In this document: positions 30,372 to 39,372 of the stretch, piece by piece
Layout: the number at the start of each line of letters is the position of its first letter
How positions within the stretch are numbered: the first letter of the stretch is position 1
Assembly: GCA_050287085.1 (NCBI GenBank)
Contig: JBNKBE010000005.1
Coordinates: forward strand, 228,740-292,739
Origin: Polyangiaceae bacterium
Lineage (GTDB): Bacteria > Myxococcota_A > Polyangia > Polyangiales > Polyangiaceae
Direction: 5' to 3'
Length of the DNA: 64,000 bases
Program-made: the position numbers and the translations under genes
The notes under the pieces: model-generated
Database searches by the model: none
What the model saw: only the letters and a program-made list of their open reading frames with translations
Told to the model about the DNA's origin: nothing

Positions 30372-31691
30372 TCAGGTGTTCGGCTGCCGGGGGTGCAATC
30401 GCGTAAGCTCATCGAACACGCCCTTCGCATCACTGACACTATCGGTAGGGGGCCCGTTCTCTACGTCAAACCATTCGAGTTGGTAGTCGTTGTACGCGAC
30501 CGGCTCGGCTTCGGGGTTAGTGACTTGCGCAGCAAACACGAAGCCCGACACGAACCGTCCACGGCGTTCGAATGAGAAATACGAGAGCGGCGGGTGCTCA
30601 CCGACGCTGATGTCCACGTCGTACTTCGTCTTGTATTCGTCAGTCAATGTCTCGGGGGCACGGCGTTGCCCCGTCAACACGGCGCAACCGAAATCCCAGA
30701 GGCCGGGTTTCTCCACGTCTTTCCCAGAGCGTCGCCGTCGCATTAACACTCGTCGCTTCAAAGGGTCGAAGCACGCCGCGGCGATGTGGACTTCGCTTTC
30801 GGTCGTTGAAGCGCGTGCCACAGGTGAAGGTCGCGTGGCTTCCTCAAAATACTCAAGCAGCTGACTCGTGTTTTGCAGGTTACCGGTCTGCGCCAGGACC
30901 GTTTCAAGATTTGCCGCATCCAGTTCACTCAGCTGCTTGCCCATAAGTTCGTCGTAGTCGAACTCATCGGCAACATCTTGCCAGTCGCTGCGGTACAGGA
31001 GGCAGGGGTACGGCCTCCCGTCCCAAACCCCTTTGAGCTGGTCGTAGCCAGCTAACCGCATTCGCCGGCTCTGGCTCTTGTTCGCGGTAACTATCACGTG
31101 TGCCAGTAGCGCCGTCAGCGTGACTGCCCCTCGCATGGCCCGCTTTCCGATGCGAAACCCAGCGTCGATATCCGGCCCCAGGAAGTCTGGCAAAGGAATC
31201 GCCCTGGTCTGCAGCTGAATGTTGCGAGTTTCTTCAGTTGCTCGGTCACCAACCAGCGCGACCCAGCAACAAGCCTTTACCCCCAGGCGCGCCGAGCGCC
31301 GAACGCCATCATCTCGCGTGGAAAACTGCCCCTGGAGCGCCAGACAAACGGTCGCCGTGACCGCCACAACCGCCTCGACTTCTGCCGCGCTGTACACCCG
31401 GGTGAACATGACAACTTCGTCGCCAATGTACTTCCAAACCTCTGGCCTCAGGTTGTCATCGTCCTTGGTGGCGCCTTCAACGGCTCGCTCTACGCTGTAA
31501 TAGAAGCCCTGGGTGACGTTTGGCCATTCTTCGGATGCCCGCGTTTTGTAGGAAGTCGAGTTGACCAGGTCGAACGACGAGAAAACGTACGCGGCTCGAC
31601 GCGGCGACGCCTCCCCACCGCGCCCCGCTGTCGCGTTTAGGTCTTGGTACGCTGTCCGGAGCCGCTCGTCTCGACTGGACTCGTCGCTCAC
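30372..31691 (-). CDS. Class III nucleotidyl-cyclase-like domain fused to a degenerate NUDIX domain
   Basis: FSSFDLVNSTSYK, WKYIGDEV, DFLGPDIDAGFRI, QLKGV; C-terminal VHIAAACFD...VLMRRR...PGLWDFGC; GTG 31691 lies 4 bp after the upstream stop. Confidence 0.75.
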   Translation of the reverse strand: MSDESSRDERLRTAYQDLNATAGRGGEASPRRAAYVFSSFDLVNSTSYKTRASEEWPNVTQGFYYSVERAVEGATKDDDNLRPEVWKYIGDEVVMFTRVYSAAEVEAVVAVTATVCLALQGQFSTRDDGVRRSARLGVKACCWVALVGDRATEETRNIQLQTRAIPLPDFLGPDIDAGFRIGKRAMRGAVTLTALLAHVIVTANKSQSRRMRLAGYDQLKGVWDGRPYPCLLYRSDWQDVADEFDYDELMGKQLSELDAANLETVLAQTGNLQNTSQLLEYFEEATRPSPVARASTTESEVHIAAACFDPLKRRVLMRRRRSGKDVEKPGLWDFGCAVLTGQRRAPETLTDEYKTKYDVDISVGEHPPLSYFSFERRGRFVSGFVFAAQVTNPEAEPVAYNDYQLEWFDVENGPPTDSVSDAKGVFDELTRLHPRQPNT

Positions 31692-31695
31692 CGCG

Positions 31696-32226
31696 CTAGC
31701 TCCAGGAGAACAACCCCAACCACCGGCCCCGCGTCGTTGCCGCATGCACGGAGACCCCGAAGTGCGCCGCAATCGCCTCGGTGTCGAAGTCTCCACCGCT
31801 CTGGTTCTGCTTGGCCACCTCACGGAACTCGCGCTCTGGCATCAGAAAGGCACCAGCAAACTCGTGAGCTTCGTACTCTTCCTCACTAGTCCCATAGCGA
31901 TTCATGACGTCGTACTCTGAACTCGCGGCCCACTTCTGGGGGTCAACTTTGAAACCCATGTGCAGAAACAGGTGCCCGAGCTCGTGCGCAATGCTGAATC
32001 GCTTTCGGGTATCCGGCGCTGGTGCAACGCGGACCTCGAAACTGTCCCCCGCCCGGCGAACGCTGGCCTCCTCCTCGAAGAGCGCGTCAAAGGCAGTCAC
32101 GCTTTCAAGCGTGCCCCCAAGCGCGGACACTGCGGCCTCCATGTCGAAGGGCGGGCCTGGAAGGCCAATCGCAACGCGCACCGCGTCCGCGAACCGGTTG
32201 ATTTCACTGCGCCTTTGTTGGTCCAT
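31696..32226 (-). CDS. ImmA/IrrE-family Zn metallopeptidase (no N-terminal XRE HTH)
   Basis: RKRFSIAHELGHLFLH, EEYEAHEFAGAFLMP, IAAHFGVS. Confidence 0.92.
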   Translation of the reverse strand: MDQQRRSEINRFADAVRVAIGLPGPPFDMEAAVSALGGTLESVTAFDALFEEEASVRRAGDSFEVRVAPAPDTRKRFSIAHELGHLFLHMGFKVDPQKWAASSEYDVMNRYGTSEEEYEAHEFAGAFLMPEREFREVAKQNQSGGDFDTEAIAAHFGVSVHAATTRGRWLGLFSWS

Positions 32227-32463
32227 ACTACAAACCCCGGGCCTGAGTATACGACTACTGCTCAGATGTACAACCTGTCTTGTGAGCCAGGCCAGGTATT
32301 GGCGACAATCGCCAGTTCGCCGGCGCCGCAATGGACCAAATCTTTGCGCATGCGCCGGGTCGCGGACTTGAGGCCATCGCGATGAAACCTTTGTTGAAAC
32401 GTCGCGCCCGGCTTGGTGTTACCTTTCTCCGTCGGGAGCGTTAGGCAGCGAAGCAGATTGACC

Positions 32464-35400
32464 ATGGGGACGACGGATACGAGAAGCGCTGGAAGATCTC
32501 CCACCTTCACCCCGTCCCCCAATTTCGACTACCTCGGCCACCACGACCTGCGCCTGGTTCAGGCTGCAACGATGGCCGAGCGCGTACTCGGCATCGACCC
32601 GGTGGGCTCGCTGCGCCACCTGCGGCTGTTCGCGGAGCTCATGGTGCAGAACATCGCCGCGCGGTGGGGCGTGTATGGCGAGGGGTATACGACCGCGGAG
32701 TTGACGCGGGAGGTTTCGCGCAAGGGGTTGCCGGTTGACGTCAATCGGATGTTTCGCACGCTGAGGGACGCCGGCAATCGCGCGTCGCACGACTGGTTTG
32801 GTGACCAGCAGGTTGCGTTTCAGCACATCAAGATTGCGTTCCAGCTGGCGATTTGGTTCCAGCGCAACTTCGGGAACAACCGCAAGTTCAACCCTGGGCC
32901 GTACTCGCCGCAGGAGTCGGAGGGCGATGTCTCCAAGCTGAAGGGCGAGCTCGATACGCTCAAGAAGCTAGCCGACGAGCGCCAGGTCGAAACCGAGGCC
33001 GCGCGTGCCGAGCTCAAGGCCGCGGTCGAGGCAGAAGCGGCGCGAGCTCTCGGCGCTGAGGAAGCCGCCAAGAAGGCGCGGGAAGAGGCTGCGCTCTGGG
33101 AGACCTACGCCGCTGAAGCGGAAGCCAAGGCGAACGACGACCAGCAAGCGCTGCAGACGGTGATGGCCGAGCTTGAGGCGCTCAAGCGAAAGCATGAAGA
33201 CGCCTTGCTCGAACTGCAACTCGTCGCGGAGCAAGCCACCGCCGAACAAGAGCAAGCACGGCGTGACGATGCTGCGGCTACCGCAGCCGCCATCGACCTG
33301 GACGAGGCCGCTACTCGCATCCTCGTCGACCAGCAACTGCGCGACGCCGGTTGGACCGTCGACTCCGAGGAGCTCCGCTACGCCAAGGGAGTTCGCCCCC
33401 AGAAGAACAAGTTCATGGCCATCGCGGAGTGGCCCACCAAGAGCGGCCCCGCCGACTACGTGCTCTTCATCGGATTGCAAGCAGTCGGTGTGGTCGAGGC
33501 CAAGAAGAAGAGCAAGGACGTCTCCGCTGCGCTGGAGCAGGCGAAGCGCTACAGCCGCGACTTCGAGACCGCTGACGGCGTCGAACTGTGTGGTGGCCCA
33601 TGGGGCAAGTACCGCGTCCCGTTCTTGTTCTCCACCAACGGGCGGCCCTATCTCAAGCAGTTGGAGACGAAGAGCGGCATCTGGCACGTCGACGTGCGTC
33701 GCCCGCAGAACCTGGCTCGTGCGCTGGGGGGTTGGCACAGTCCCGAGGGGCTCAAAGAGACACTCAAGCAGGACATCGACGCCGCGAACGAGAAGTTGCA
33801 AGCCGAGCCCATCGATGCGCTGGGCCTCCGCGAGTACCAAGAGACCGCCATCAAAGCCGTGGAAGCCGCCGTCGCCGAAGGCAAACAGACCTGTCTGCTC
33901 GCGATGGCAACCGGCACGGGCAAGACACGCACCGCCATCGGCCTCATCTACCGCCTCATCAAGAGCGGGCGCTTCCGTCGCGTGCTGTTCTTGGTCGACC
34001 GCAGTGCACTGGGCAAACAGACCGGCGACGCGCTGGAAGAAATTCAGCTGGAGAACCTCCAGACCTTCCCGGAAATCTACGACCTCAAGCTGCTGGAAAA
34101 CATCAAGGTCGACACGGACACCAGGCTGCACATCGCCACCGTGCAAGGCATGGTGCGCCGCTTACTGGACCCGAGCGACTTCAGTGAAGCCCCCACCGTC
34201 GACACCTACGATTGCATCGTCGTGGACGAGTGCCATCGCGGCTACGGTCTCGACCAGGAGCTAACGGACGCCGAGTTCAAGCTTGCCGAATACGGCATCC
34301 GCACTCAGGCGGACTACATCAGTCGTTACCGCCGGGTTCTCGAGCACTTCGACGCGGTCAAGATTGGCCTCACCGCCACCCCTGCCGCGCACACCACGGA
34401 AATCTTCGGCAAGCCAACATACCAGTACGGTTACCGAGAAGCGGTCATCGACGGCTTCCTCATCGACCACGAGCCGCCCGTGAGCCTCGTCACCAAGCTG
34501 GCAGAAGAGGGGATCCGCTTCGAGAAGGGCACGCAGGTGCGGATGTTCGACCCGGTGCTTTCGCAGGACAAGCTTGCGGAGCTGGAGGACGAGGTCAGTC
34601 TCGAGATCGACAGCTTCAACAAGCGCGTCGTCACCGAAAACTTCAACCGCGTGGTGTGCGCGGAGCTCGCCAAACACATCGACCCCAGCAGCGACGAAAA
34701 GACGCTCATCTTCGCCGCTACGGACAACCACGCCGATCTCGTGGTCACCCTGCTCAAGCGCGCTTTCGAACAGCAGTACGGCGAGGTGGACGACGACGCG
34801 GTCCAGAAGATCACCGGCGCTGCCGATAAGCCGCTTTCGCGCATCCGGCACTTCAAGAACGAGCGCTATCCAAGCGTGGTGGTCACCGTCGACCTGCTCA
34901 CCACGGGCATCGACGTGCCCAAGATTTGCAACGTCGTCTTCCTGCGCCGCGTACGCAGCCGCGTGCTGTACGAACAGATGCTGGGCCGCGCCACGCGGCT
35001 GTGCCCGGAGATCGGCAAAGAGACCTTCATCATCTTCGACGCCGTCGCCTTGTACGAAGCGCTTCAGCCCATCACCAACATGAAGCCCGTCGTGGCCAAG
35101 CCGCAGATCGGCTTTCGGGAGCTGGTGCGAGAGCTGCAGGAGGTCGAAGACGCAGAGGCGCGCCAAGCCGCACTCGACCAGCTCATCGCCAAGCTGCAAC
35201 GCAAAAAGCAACGCCTCACTGGCGAAGCGCTGGAGCGCTTCCAAGCGGCTGCAGAGATGGGCCCCGCTGAGCTCGCCAAGCACCTCAAACACGCCAGCCC
35301 CACCGAGGCCGCCGACTGGTTCCACAAGCACGAGTTCGTACTCAGCACCCTGGAACTCGCCACGGAACCCCAGGTGCTACTCGTTTCCGACCACCACGAC

Positions 35401-35946
35401 GAACTACGCCGCGTCGAGCGAGGTTACGGCAAGGGCAAGAAGCCCGAAGACTACCTCGACGCGTTCAAGCGCTTCGTGCAAGAGAACCTGAACCAGCTGC
35501 CCGCGCTGATCGTCGTCGCCCAGCGCCCCAAAGAGCTCACGCGCGCGCAGCTCAAAGAGGTGGCGTTGCTGCTCGACTCCAAGGGCTTCTCCGAGCGGGG
35601 ACTACAAACCGCGTGGCGAGAGAAGACCAACCAAGACATCGCCGCCACCATCCTGGGCTTCATTCGCCAGGCCGCACTCGGCGATGCGCTCATCCCCTAC
35701 GAAGAACGGGTGGATGCCGCGCTCAAGAAGCTGCTCGCAAGCCAAAGCTGGACCAAGCCCCAGCGCGACTGGCTGGAGCGCATCGCCAAGCAGCTCAAAA
35801 AAGAGAAGGTCGTCGACAAGGCCGCGCTCGACGAAGGGCAGTTCGCCGCCAAAGGCGGCTTTCAACGCTTGAACAAGGTCTTCGACGGCAAGCTGGAAGA
35901 CATCTTGCTGCAGCTTGGTGAAAGCATCTGGAGCAGCGCGGGCTAG
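32464..35946 (+). CDS. hsdR: Type I R-M restriction subunit HsdR (system 2, EcoKI/EcoAI-like)
   Basis: N-terminal NFDYL and coiled coil, ADYVLF...VVEAKK, MATGTGKT, DECHRGY, LTATP, LTTGIDVP, QMLGRATR. Confidence 0.96.
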   Translation: MGTTDTRSAGRSPTFTPSPNFDYLGHHDLRLVQAATMAERVLGIDPVGSLRHLRLFAELMVQNIAARWGVYGEGYTTAELTREVSRKGLPVDVNRMFRTLRDAGNRASHDWFGDQQVAFQHIKIAFQLAIWFQRNFGNNRKFNPGPYSPQESEGDVSKLKGELDTLKKLADERQVETEAARAELKAAVEAEAARALGAEEAAKKAREEAALWETYAAEAEAKANDDQQALQTVMAELEALKRKHEDALLELQLVAEQATAEQEQARRDDAAATAAAIDLDEAATRILVDQQLRDAGWTVDSEELRYAKGVRPQKNKFMAIAEWPTKSGPADYVLFIGLQAVGVVEAKKKSKDVSAALEQAKRYSRDFETADGVELCGGPWGKYRVPFLFSTNGRPYLKQLETKSGIWHVDVRRPQNLARALGGWHSPEGLKETLKQDIDAANEKLQAEPIDALGLREYQETAIKAVEAAVAEGKQTCLLAMATGTGKTRTAIGLIYRLIKSGRFRRVLFLVDRSALGKQTGDALEEIQLENLQTFPEIYDLKLLENIKVDTDTRLHIATVQGMVRRLLDPSDFSEAPTVDTYDCIVVDECHRGYGLDQELTDAEFKLAEYGIRTQADYISRYRRVLEHFDAVKIGLTATPAAHTTEIFGKPTYQYGYREAVIDGFLIDHEPPVSLVTKLAEEGIRFEKGTQVRMFDPVLSQDKLAELEDEVSLEIDSFNKRVVTENFNRVVCAELAKHIDPSSDEKTLIFAATDNHADLVVTLLKRAFEQQYGEVDDDAVQKITGAADKPLSRIRHFKNERYPSVVVTVDLLTTGIDVPKICNVVFLRRVRSRVLYEQMLGRATRLCPEIGKETFIIFDAVALYEALQPITNMKPVVAKPQIGFRELVRELQEVEDAEARQAALDQLIAKLQRKKQRLTGEALERFQAAAEMGPAELAKHLKHASPTEAADWFHKHEFVLSTLELATEPQVLLVSDHHDELRRVERGYGKGKKPEDYLDAFKRFVQENLNQLPALIVVAQRPKELTRAQLKEVALLLDSKGFSERGLQTAWREKTNQDIAATILGFIRQAALGDALIPYEERVDAALKKLLASQSWTKPQRDWLERIAKQLKKEKVVDKAALDEGQFAAKGGFQRLNKVFDGKLEDILLQLGESIWSSAG

Positions 35947-36056
35947 TACCCCCGGCGCCAAGCTCTCGACTTGAAGGCCGCCTAAACCCTAGGTGCCAGC
36001 GGCCGTTCGCTAACACCCACCACGCTGCAGCCCATCAAGCGCGTGCGGCGGCTTTC

Positions 36057-36815
36057 CTAGGCCGCATGCGCGGGCGTTGCTGCCGCTGGCAGCGGCTGGT
36101 ACTCGTCGCCCGCAAAAAGGCGATGCTCAGAGTCACCCGTCCAGACGTATTTGCAGAGCAGCCGATGATGCACGGGGGCCGGAGCAGGATTCACTTTGAC
36201 GACAGTCACCTGGAGCAGCTCGGGAGAGCCCCCAACGCGCGCCAGCTCGTTCGCCAGGTAGTCCGGCACGTAGCCTAGCGTTCGCCCTCGGGCGTCTTGT
36301 AAGAGCAACGCCGCCGGGTTTACGTCGTTATTGGGCTCGGCCAGCACGCCCAGCGTCGCGCCCGGCACCAGGTCCTGGAGCGCCTCTTCACTGCCGGCGA
36401 CGTGCCGCACTCCGCGCGCCAGGAACAGGCCTTCGGCGCCAGTCGCCAGCGGCGCAGGCGGCGCAAAAACCTCGAGCTTGTCCGTGGTGCGCCGCCCCCC
36501 GGAGCGAGCGAGCACGGTGAAGGGCTCACCGTCCTCCGAAGACAGCGCAAACTCAGCCAGATGCCTGCGGAAGTCCGGGCGAGACGGACTCATCACGCGA
36601 TTGCTGAACAGCGGCGGCAACTCCGCGCAGCGGTAAACCTCACCTAGCTCCGGGAACGTGACGAGCGGGAGAAAACCGAGCTTCCGAGCCTCGTTCACCG
36701 CGCCGATGTAGGTGAACTCATAACCGTCGCCGGTCCGCAGCAAGCGCGCCACGGGGAGGATGCGACGCGACTCGCTCGCTTGCCAAGCGACGTAGAGGAG
36801 GTTCGGAGGGGTCAT
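36057..36815 (-). CDS. HipS-like + HIRAN domain protein
   Basis: LYVAWQ...PVARL...YEFTY, LPPLFSNRVMSPSRPD, FLARGVRH, EPNNDVNPAAL, LGYVPDYLA. Confidence 0.85.
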   Translation of the reverse strand: MTPPNLLYVAWQASESRRILPVARLLRTGDGYEFTYIGAVNEARKLGFLPLVTFPELGEVYRCAELPPLFSNRVMSPSRPDFRRHLAEFALSSEDGEPFTVLARSGGRRTTDKLEVFAPPAPLATGAEGLFLARGVRHVAGSEEALQDLVPGATLGVLAEPNNDVNPAALLLQDARGRTLGYVPDYLANELARVGGSPELLQVTVVKVNPAPAPVHHRLLCKYVWTGDSEHRLFAGDEYQPLPAAATPAHAA

Positions 36816-36827
36816 CGGGGTTGGCCG

Positions 36828-37772
36828 TTACAGTTGTGCGTGGACGATACGATCGTAGTTGTAGCGCAAAAGTTCCCGGGTGAAGCGCTTGCCCACGGCG
36901 CTCAAGCGGGAGGCGGGCACGGCTTCCAGCTCGGCGCTGAGTAAATCAAACGTGGCGCGCGCAAACAATGTTTGCCACCCGGCAAATGCGCCGGGCCGTA
37001 GCCGCCCCGCCTCCAGCAGCGCGTCAAACGGCGTCAGTTTGGCCCCGTCTTGACCGTAAAGCGCGGAGTGTCCGCGCTTTACGTACTCCGGGAGCGTTCC
37101 GCGGCCGCTGGAATCCAGCCGGCCCTGCCGCTTGACGTCGTCGAGCTCTCGGCCGAGCGAGGACGCGTGGTCGTAGCTGGGCGCGAGCGCGAGCCTGTGC
37201 CCATTCGGGCCACGCGTGCTGACCACGGCCCAGTTTTCATGGTGTCGGTCGGTGTTACCGATGAGCGCGTCCAACATGAGATAGCCCACGAAACTGTCGA
37301 AGGCGTCCTTGCCAAACGCAAATCCGCGGCGGGCGCGCGCTGGCCCGCAGCCCTCGAGTACCTCCATGATTGCCGGCAACGTGTGCTTGAGTACGCGGTA
37401 GCGTTGCTCAGCAGGGTAGTCGGCATCGCGTCTGAGCAACAGCTCATTGCCATGGATCAGGCTCGGGTCCGCGCCTTGCAACCTGCGGCGCCGCGGCAGA
37501 AAATCCCAACACAGCACGGCAGGCCGCCCCGCTACGCGGGCCAGATCTATGCGCGCACAGGAGACGCTGCAGCGCTTGCCGATCTCGAAGGCAAGCTTCT
37601 CACTCCAGTCCTCCCCAGTGCCTTCCCGGGCCAGCTTGACCATCACGCGCTGGCCCGATTGCGGGTTCTCGAGCCAGAACTTCTCCTTGGTGCCCATGGT
37701 CTCGGCAGACCGCGTGCGGCGCGGCTCCGAGACCGCCTCGAGCTCGAAGATGGGGTAAGGCCGAGTGACCAT
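36828..37772 (-). CDS. HipA-like Ser/Thr kinase
   Basis: MGTKEKFW, GEDWSEKLA, LDALIGNTDRHHENW, LAPSYDHASSLG; ATG 37772 chosen as start. Confidence 0.9.
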   Translation of the reverse strand: MVTRPYPIFELEAVSEPRRTRSAETMGTKEKFWLENPQSGQRVMVKLAREGTGEDWSEKLAFEIGKRCSVSCARIDLARVAGRPAVLCWDFLPRRRRLQGADPSLIHGNELLLRRDADYPAEQRYRVLKHTLPAIMEVLEGCGPARARRGFAFGKDAFDSFVGYLMLDALIGNTDRHHENWAVVSTRGPNGHRLALAPSYDHASSLGRELDDVKRQGRLDSSGRGTLPEYVKRGHSALYGQDGAKLTPFDALLEAGRLRPGAFAGWQTLFARATFDLLSAELEAVPASRLSAVGKRFTRELLRYNYDRIVHAQL

Positions 37773-37908
37773 CTCTGCGCCAGTCTCCTCCGGCTGATCT
37801 GCGCTGGCAAGGGACTTGGGCTGGCCGTGCGGCTTGCGACCATAGGCCCCGCTTCGTGCCCAGCCAGCTGCTAAGAAAGCCCTCCGGTACTCTACGTCCG
37901 CTCCCGCC

Positions 37909-39372
37909 ATGAACACCCAAGAAATCGTCCAACGCCTTTGGAACCTCTGCCACGTCCTGCGGGATGACGGCATCACCTATCACCAGTACGTGACGGAGCT
38001 CACTTACCTGCTCTTCTTGAAGATGGCGGAGGAGCAGGGCGGCAAAGTGGAAGCGCAAATTCCCAAGGGCCAGCGCTGGCAGGACCTGAACGCCCTCGAC
38101 GGCGCGGAGCAGCTCACCTTCTACCGCGCGCAGCTGCTGCACCTCGGAACCAAAGCGCCCAGCAAACGTGTGAAGGCCATCTTTGCGGATGCGCAAACGA
38201 GCATTCGCCACCCCAGGAACCTCAAGAAGCTGGTCGAGGACATCGACAAGCTGGATTGGTTCAGCGCCAAAGAAGAGGGCCTGGGTGATTTGTACGAGGG
38301 CTTGCTGGAGCGCAACGCCGGCGAGAAGAAGTCCGGCGCGGGCCAGTACTTCACGCCGCGGCCGCTCATCAACACCATCGTGCGTTTGGTGCAGCCGGCC
38401 CCCGGTGAAGTCGTGCAAGATCCCGCGGCGGGCACGGGCGGCTTTTTGATTGCGGCGGACGCCTACGTCAAAACGCAGACGGATGATCTGTTCGACTTGG
38501 GGGAGCAGCAGCAGGTTTTCCAGCGAGAGAAAGCCTTCGTCGGCATGGAGCTGGTGCACGACACCGCGCGCTTGGGTCTGATGAATCTGCTGCTGCACGA
38601 TATTCAGGGCGACCTCGAAATCGCGGACACGCTAAGCAGTAACGGCCAGCGCTTGCCGCAGGCGGATGTGGTGCTCACCAACCCGCCCTTTGGCACCAAG
38701 AAGGGCGGCGGCGGTCCCACGCGGGACGACTTCACCTATCCCACCAGCAACAAGCAGCTGGCCTTCTTGCAGCACTGCTACCGCACGCTGAAGGCGCCCC
38801 AAGGGAACAAACAGGGCGACAGCAAGCCCGGTGGGCGCGCCGCGGTGGTGCTGCCCGATAACGTGCTGTTCGAGGAGAACACCGGGACGCTCATCCGCAA
38901 AGACTTGATGGACAAGTGTGACCTGCACACCATCCTGCGCTTGCCGACGGGCATCTTCTACGCCGGCGGCGTGAAGACCAACGTGCTCTTTTTCACGAGG
39001 GGCAAGACGGACAAGGGCAACACCAAAGCCGTATGGATCTACGACATGCGGACCAACCACGAGTCCATCGGCAAGCGCACGCCGCTGACGGAGGCTCACT
39101 TTGCTGACTTCGAGAAGGCATTTGGCAAAGACCCACATGGCAAAGCCAAGCGCAAAGACCAGGGCGAGGAAGGCCGCTTCCGCAAGTTCACGCGGGAGGA
39201 GATTGCCAAGCGCGGCGACAACCTGGACATCAGCTGGCTCAACGACGACAGCAACGGCGGCAATGATGAGCTGCCCGATCCGGACGAGATTGCCGCCGAG
39301 ATTGTCGAGAAGCTGAAGCTCGCGATGGGTGAGATGGAGGAGCTGCAGGCGCTGTTGGAGGGCGACGCGTGA
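37909..39372 (+). CDS. hsdM: Type I R-M methyltransferase HsdM (system 2)
   Basis: LWNLCHVLRDDGITY, GAGQYFTPR, DPAAGTGGFL, NPPFG, LRLPTGIFYA. Confidence 0.97.
   Translation: MNTQEIVQRLWNLCHVLRDDGITYHQYVTELTYLLFLKMAEEQGGKVEAQIPKGQRWQDLNALDGAEQLTFYRAQLLHLGTKAPSKRVKAIFADAQTSIRHPRNLKKLVEDIDKLDWFSAKEEGLGDLYEGLLERNAGEKKSGAGQYFTPRPLINTIVRLVQPAPGEVVQDPAAGTGGFLIAADAYVKTQTDDLFDLGEQQQVFQREKAFVGMELVHDTARLGLMNLLLHDIQGDLEIADTLSSNGQRLPQADVVLTNPPFGTKKGGGGPTRDDFTYPTSNKQLAFLQHCYRTLKAPQGNKQGDSKPGGRAAVVLPDNVLFEENTGTLIRKDLMDKCDLHTILRLPTGIFYAGGVKTNVLFFTRGKTDKGNTKAVWIYDMRTNHESIGKRTPLTEAHFADFEKAFGKDPHGKAKRKDQGEEGRFRKFTREEIAKRGDNLDISWLNDDSNGGNDELPDPDEIAAEIVEKLKLAMGEMEELQALLEGDA

Noticed and set aside
30372..32226. 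Pycsar, CBASS or RosmerTA
   Set aside because: No co-operonic TIR/TM effector, no CD-NTase motif, and the peptidase lacks the N-terminal HTH; kept as an unnamed candidate
23649..35331. Long antisense ORFs (e.g. 23649-25025, 32968-34146, 34261-35331)
   Set aside because: Shadow frames of high-GC hsdR genes; the same applies to most overlapping ORFs in the track
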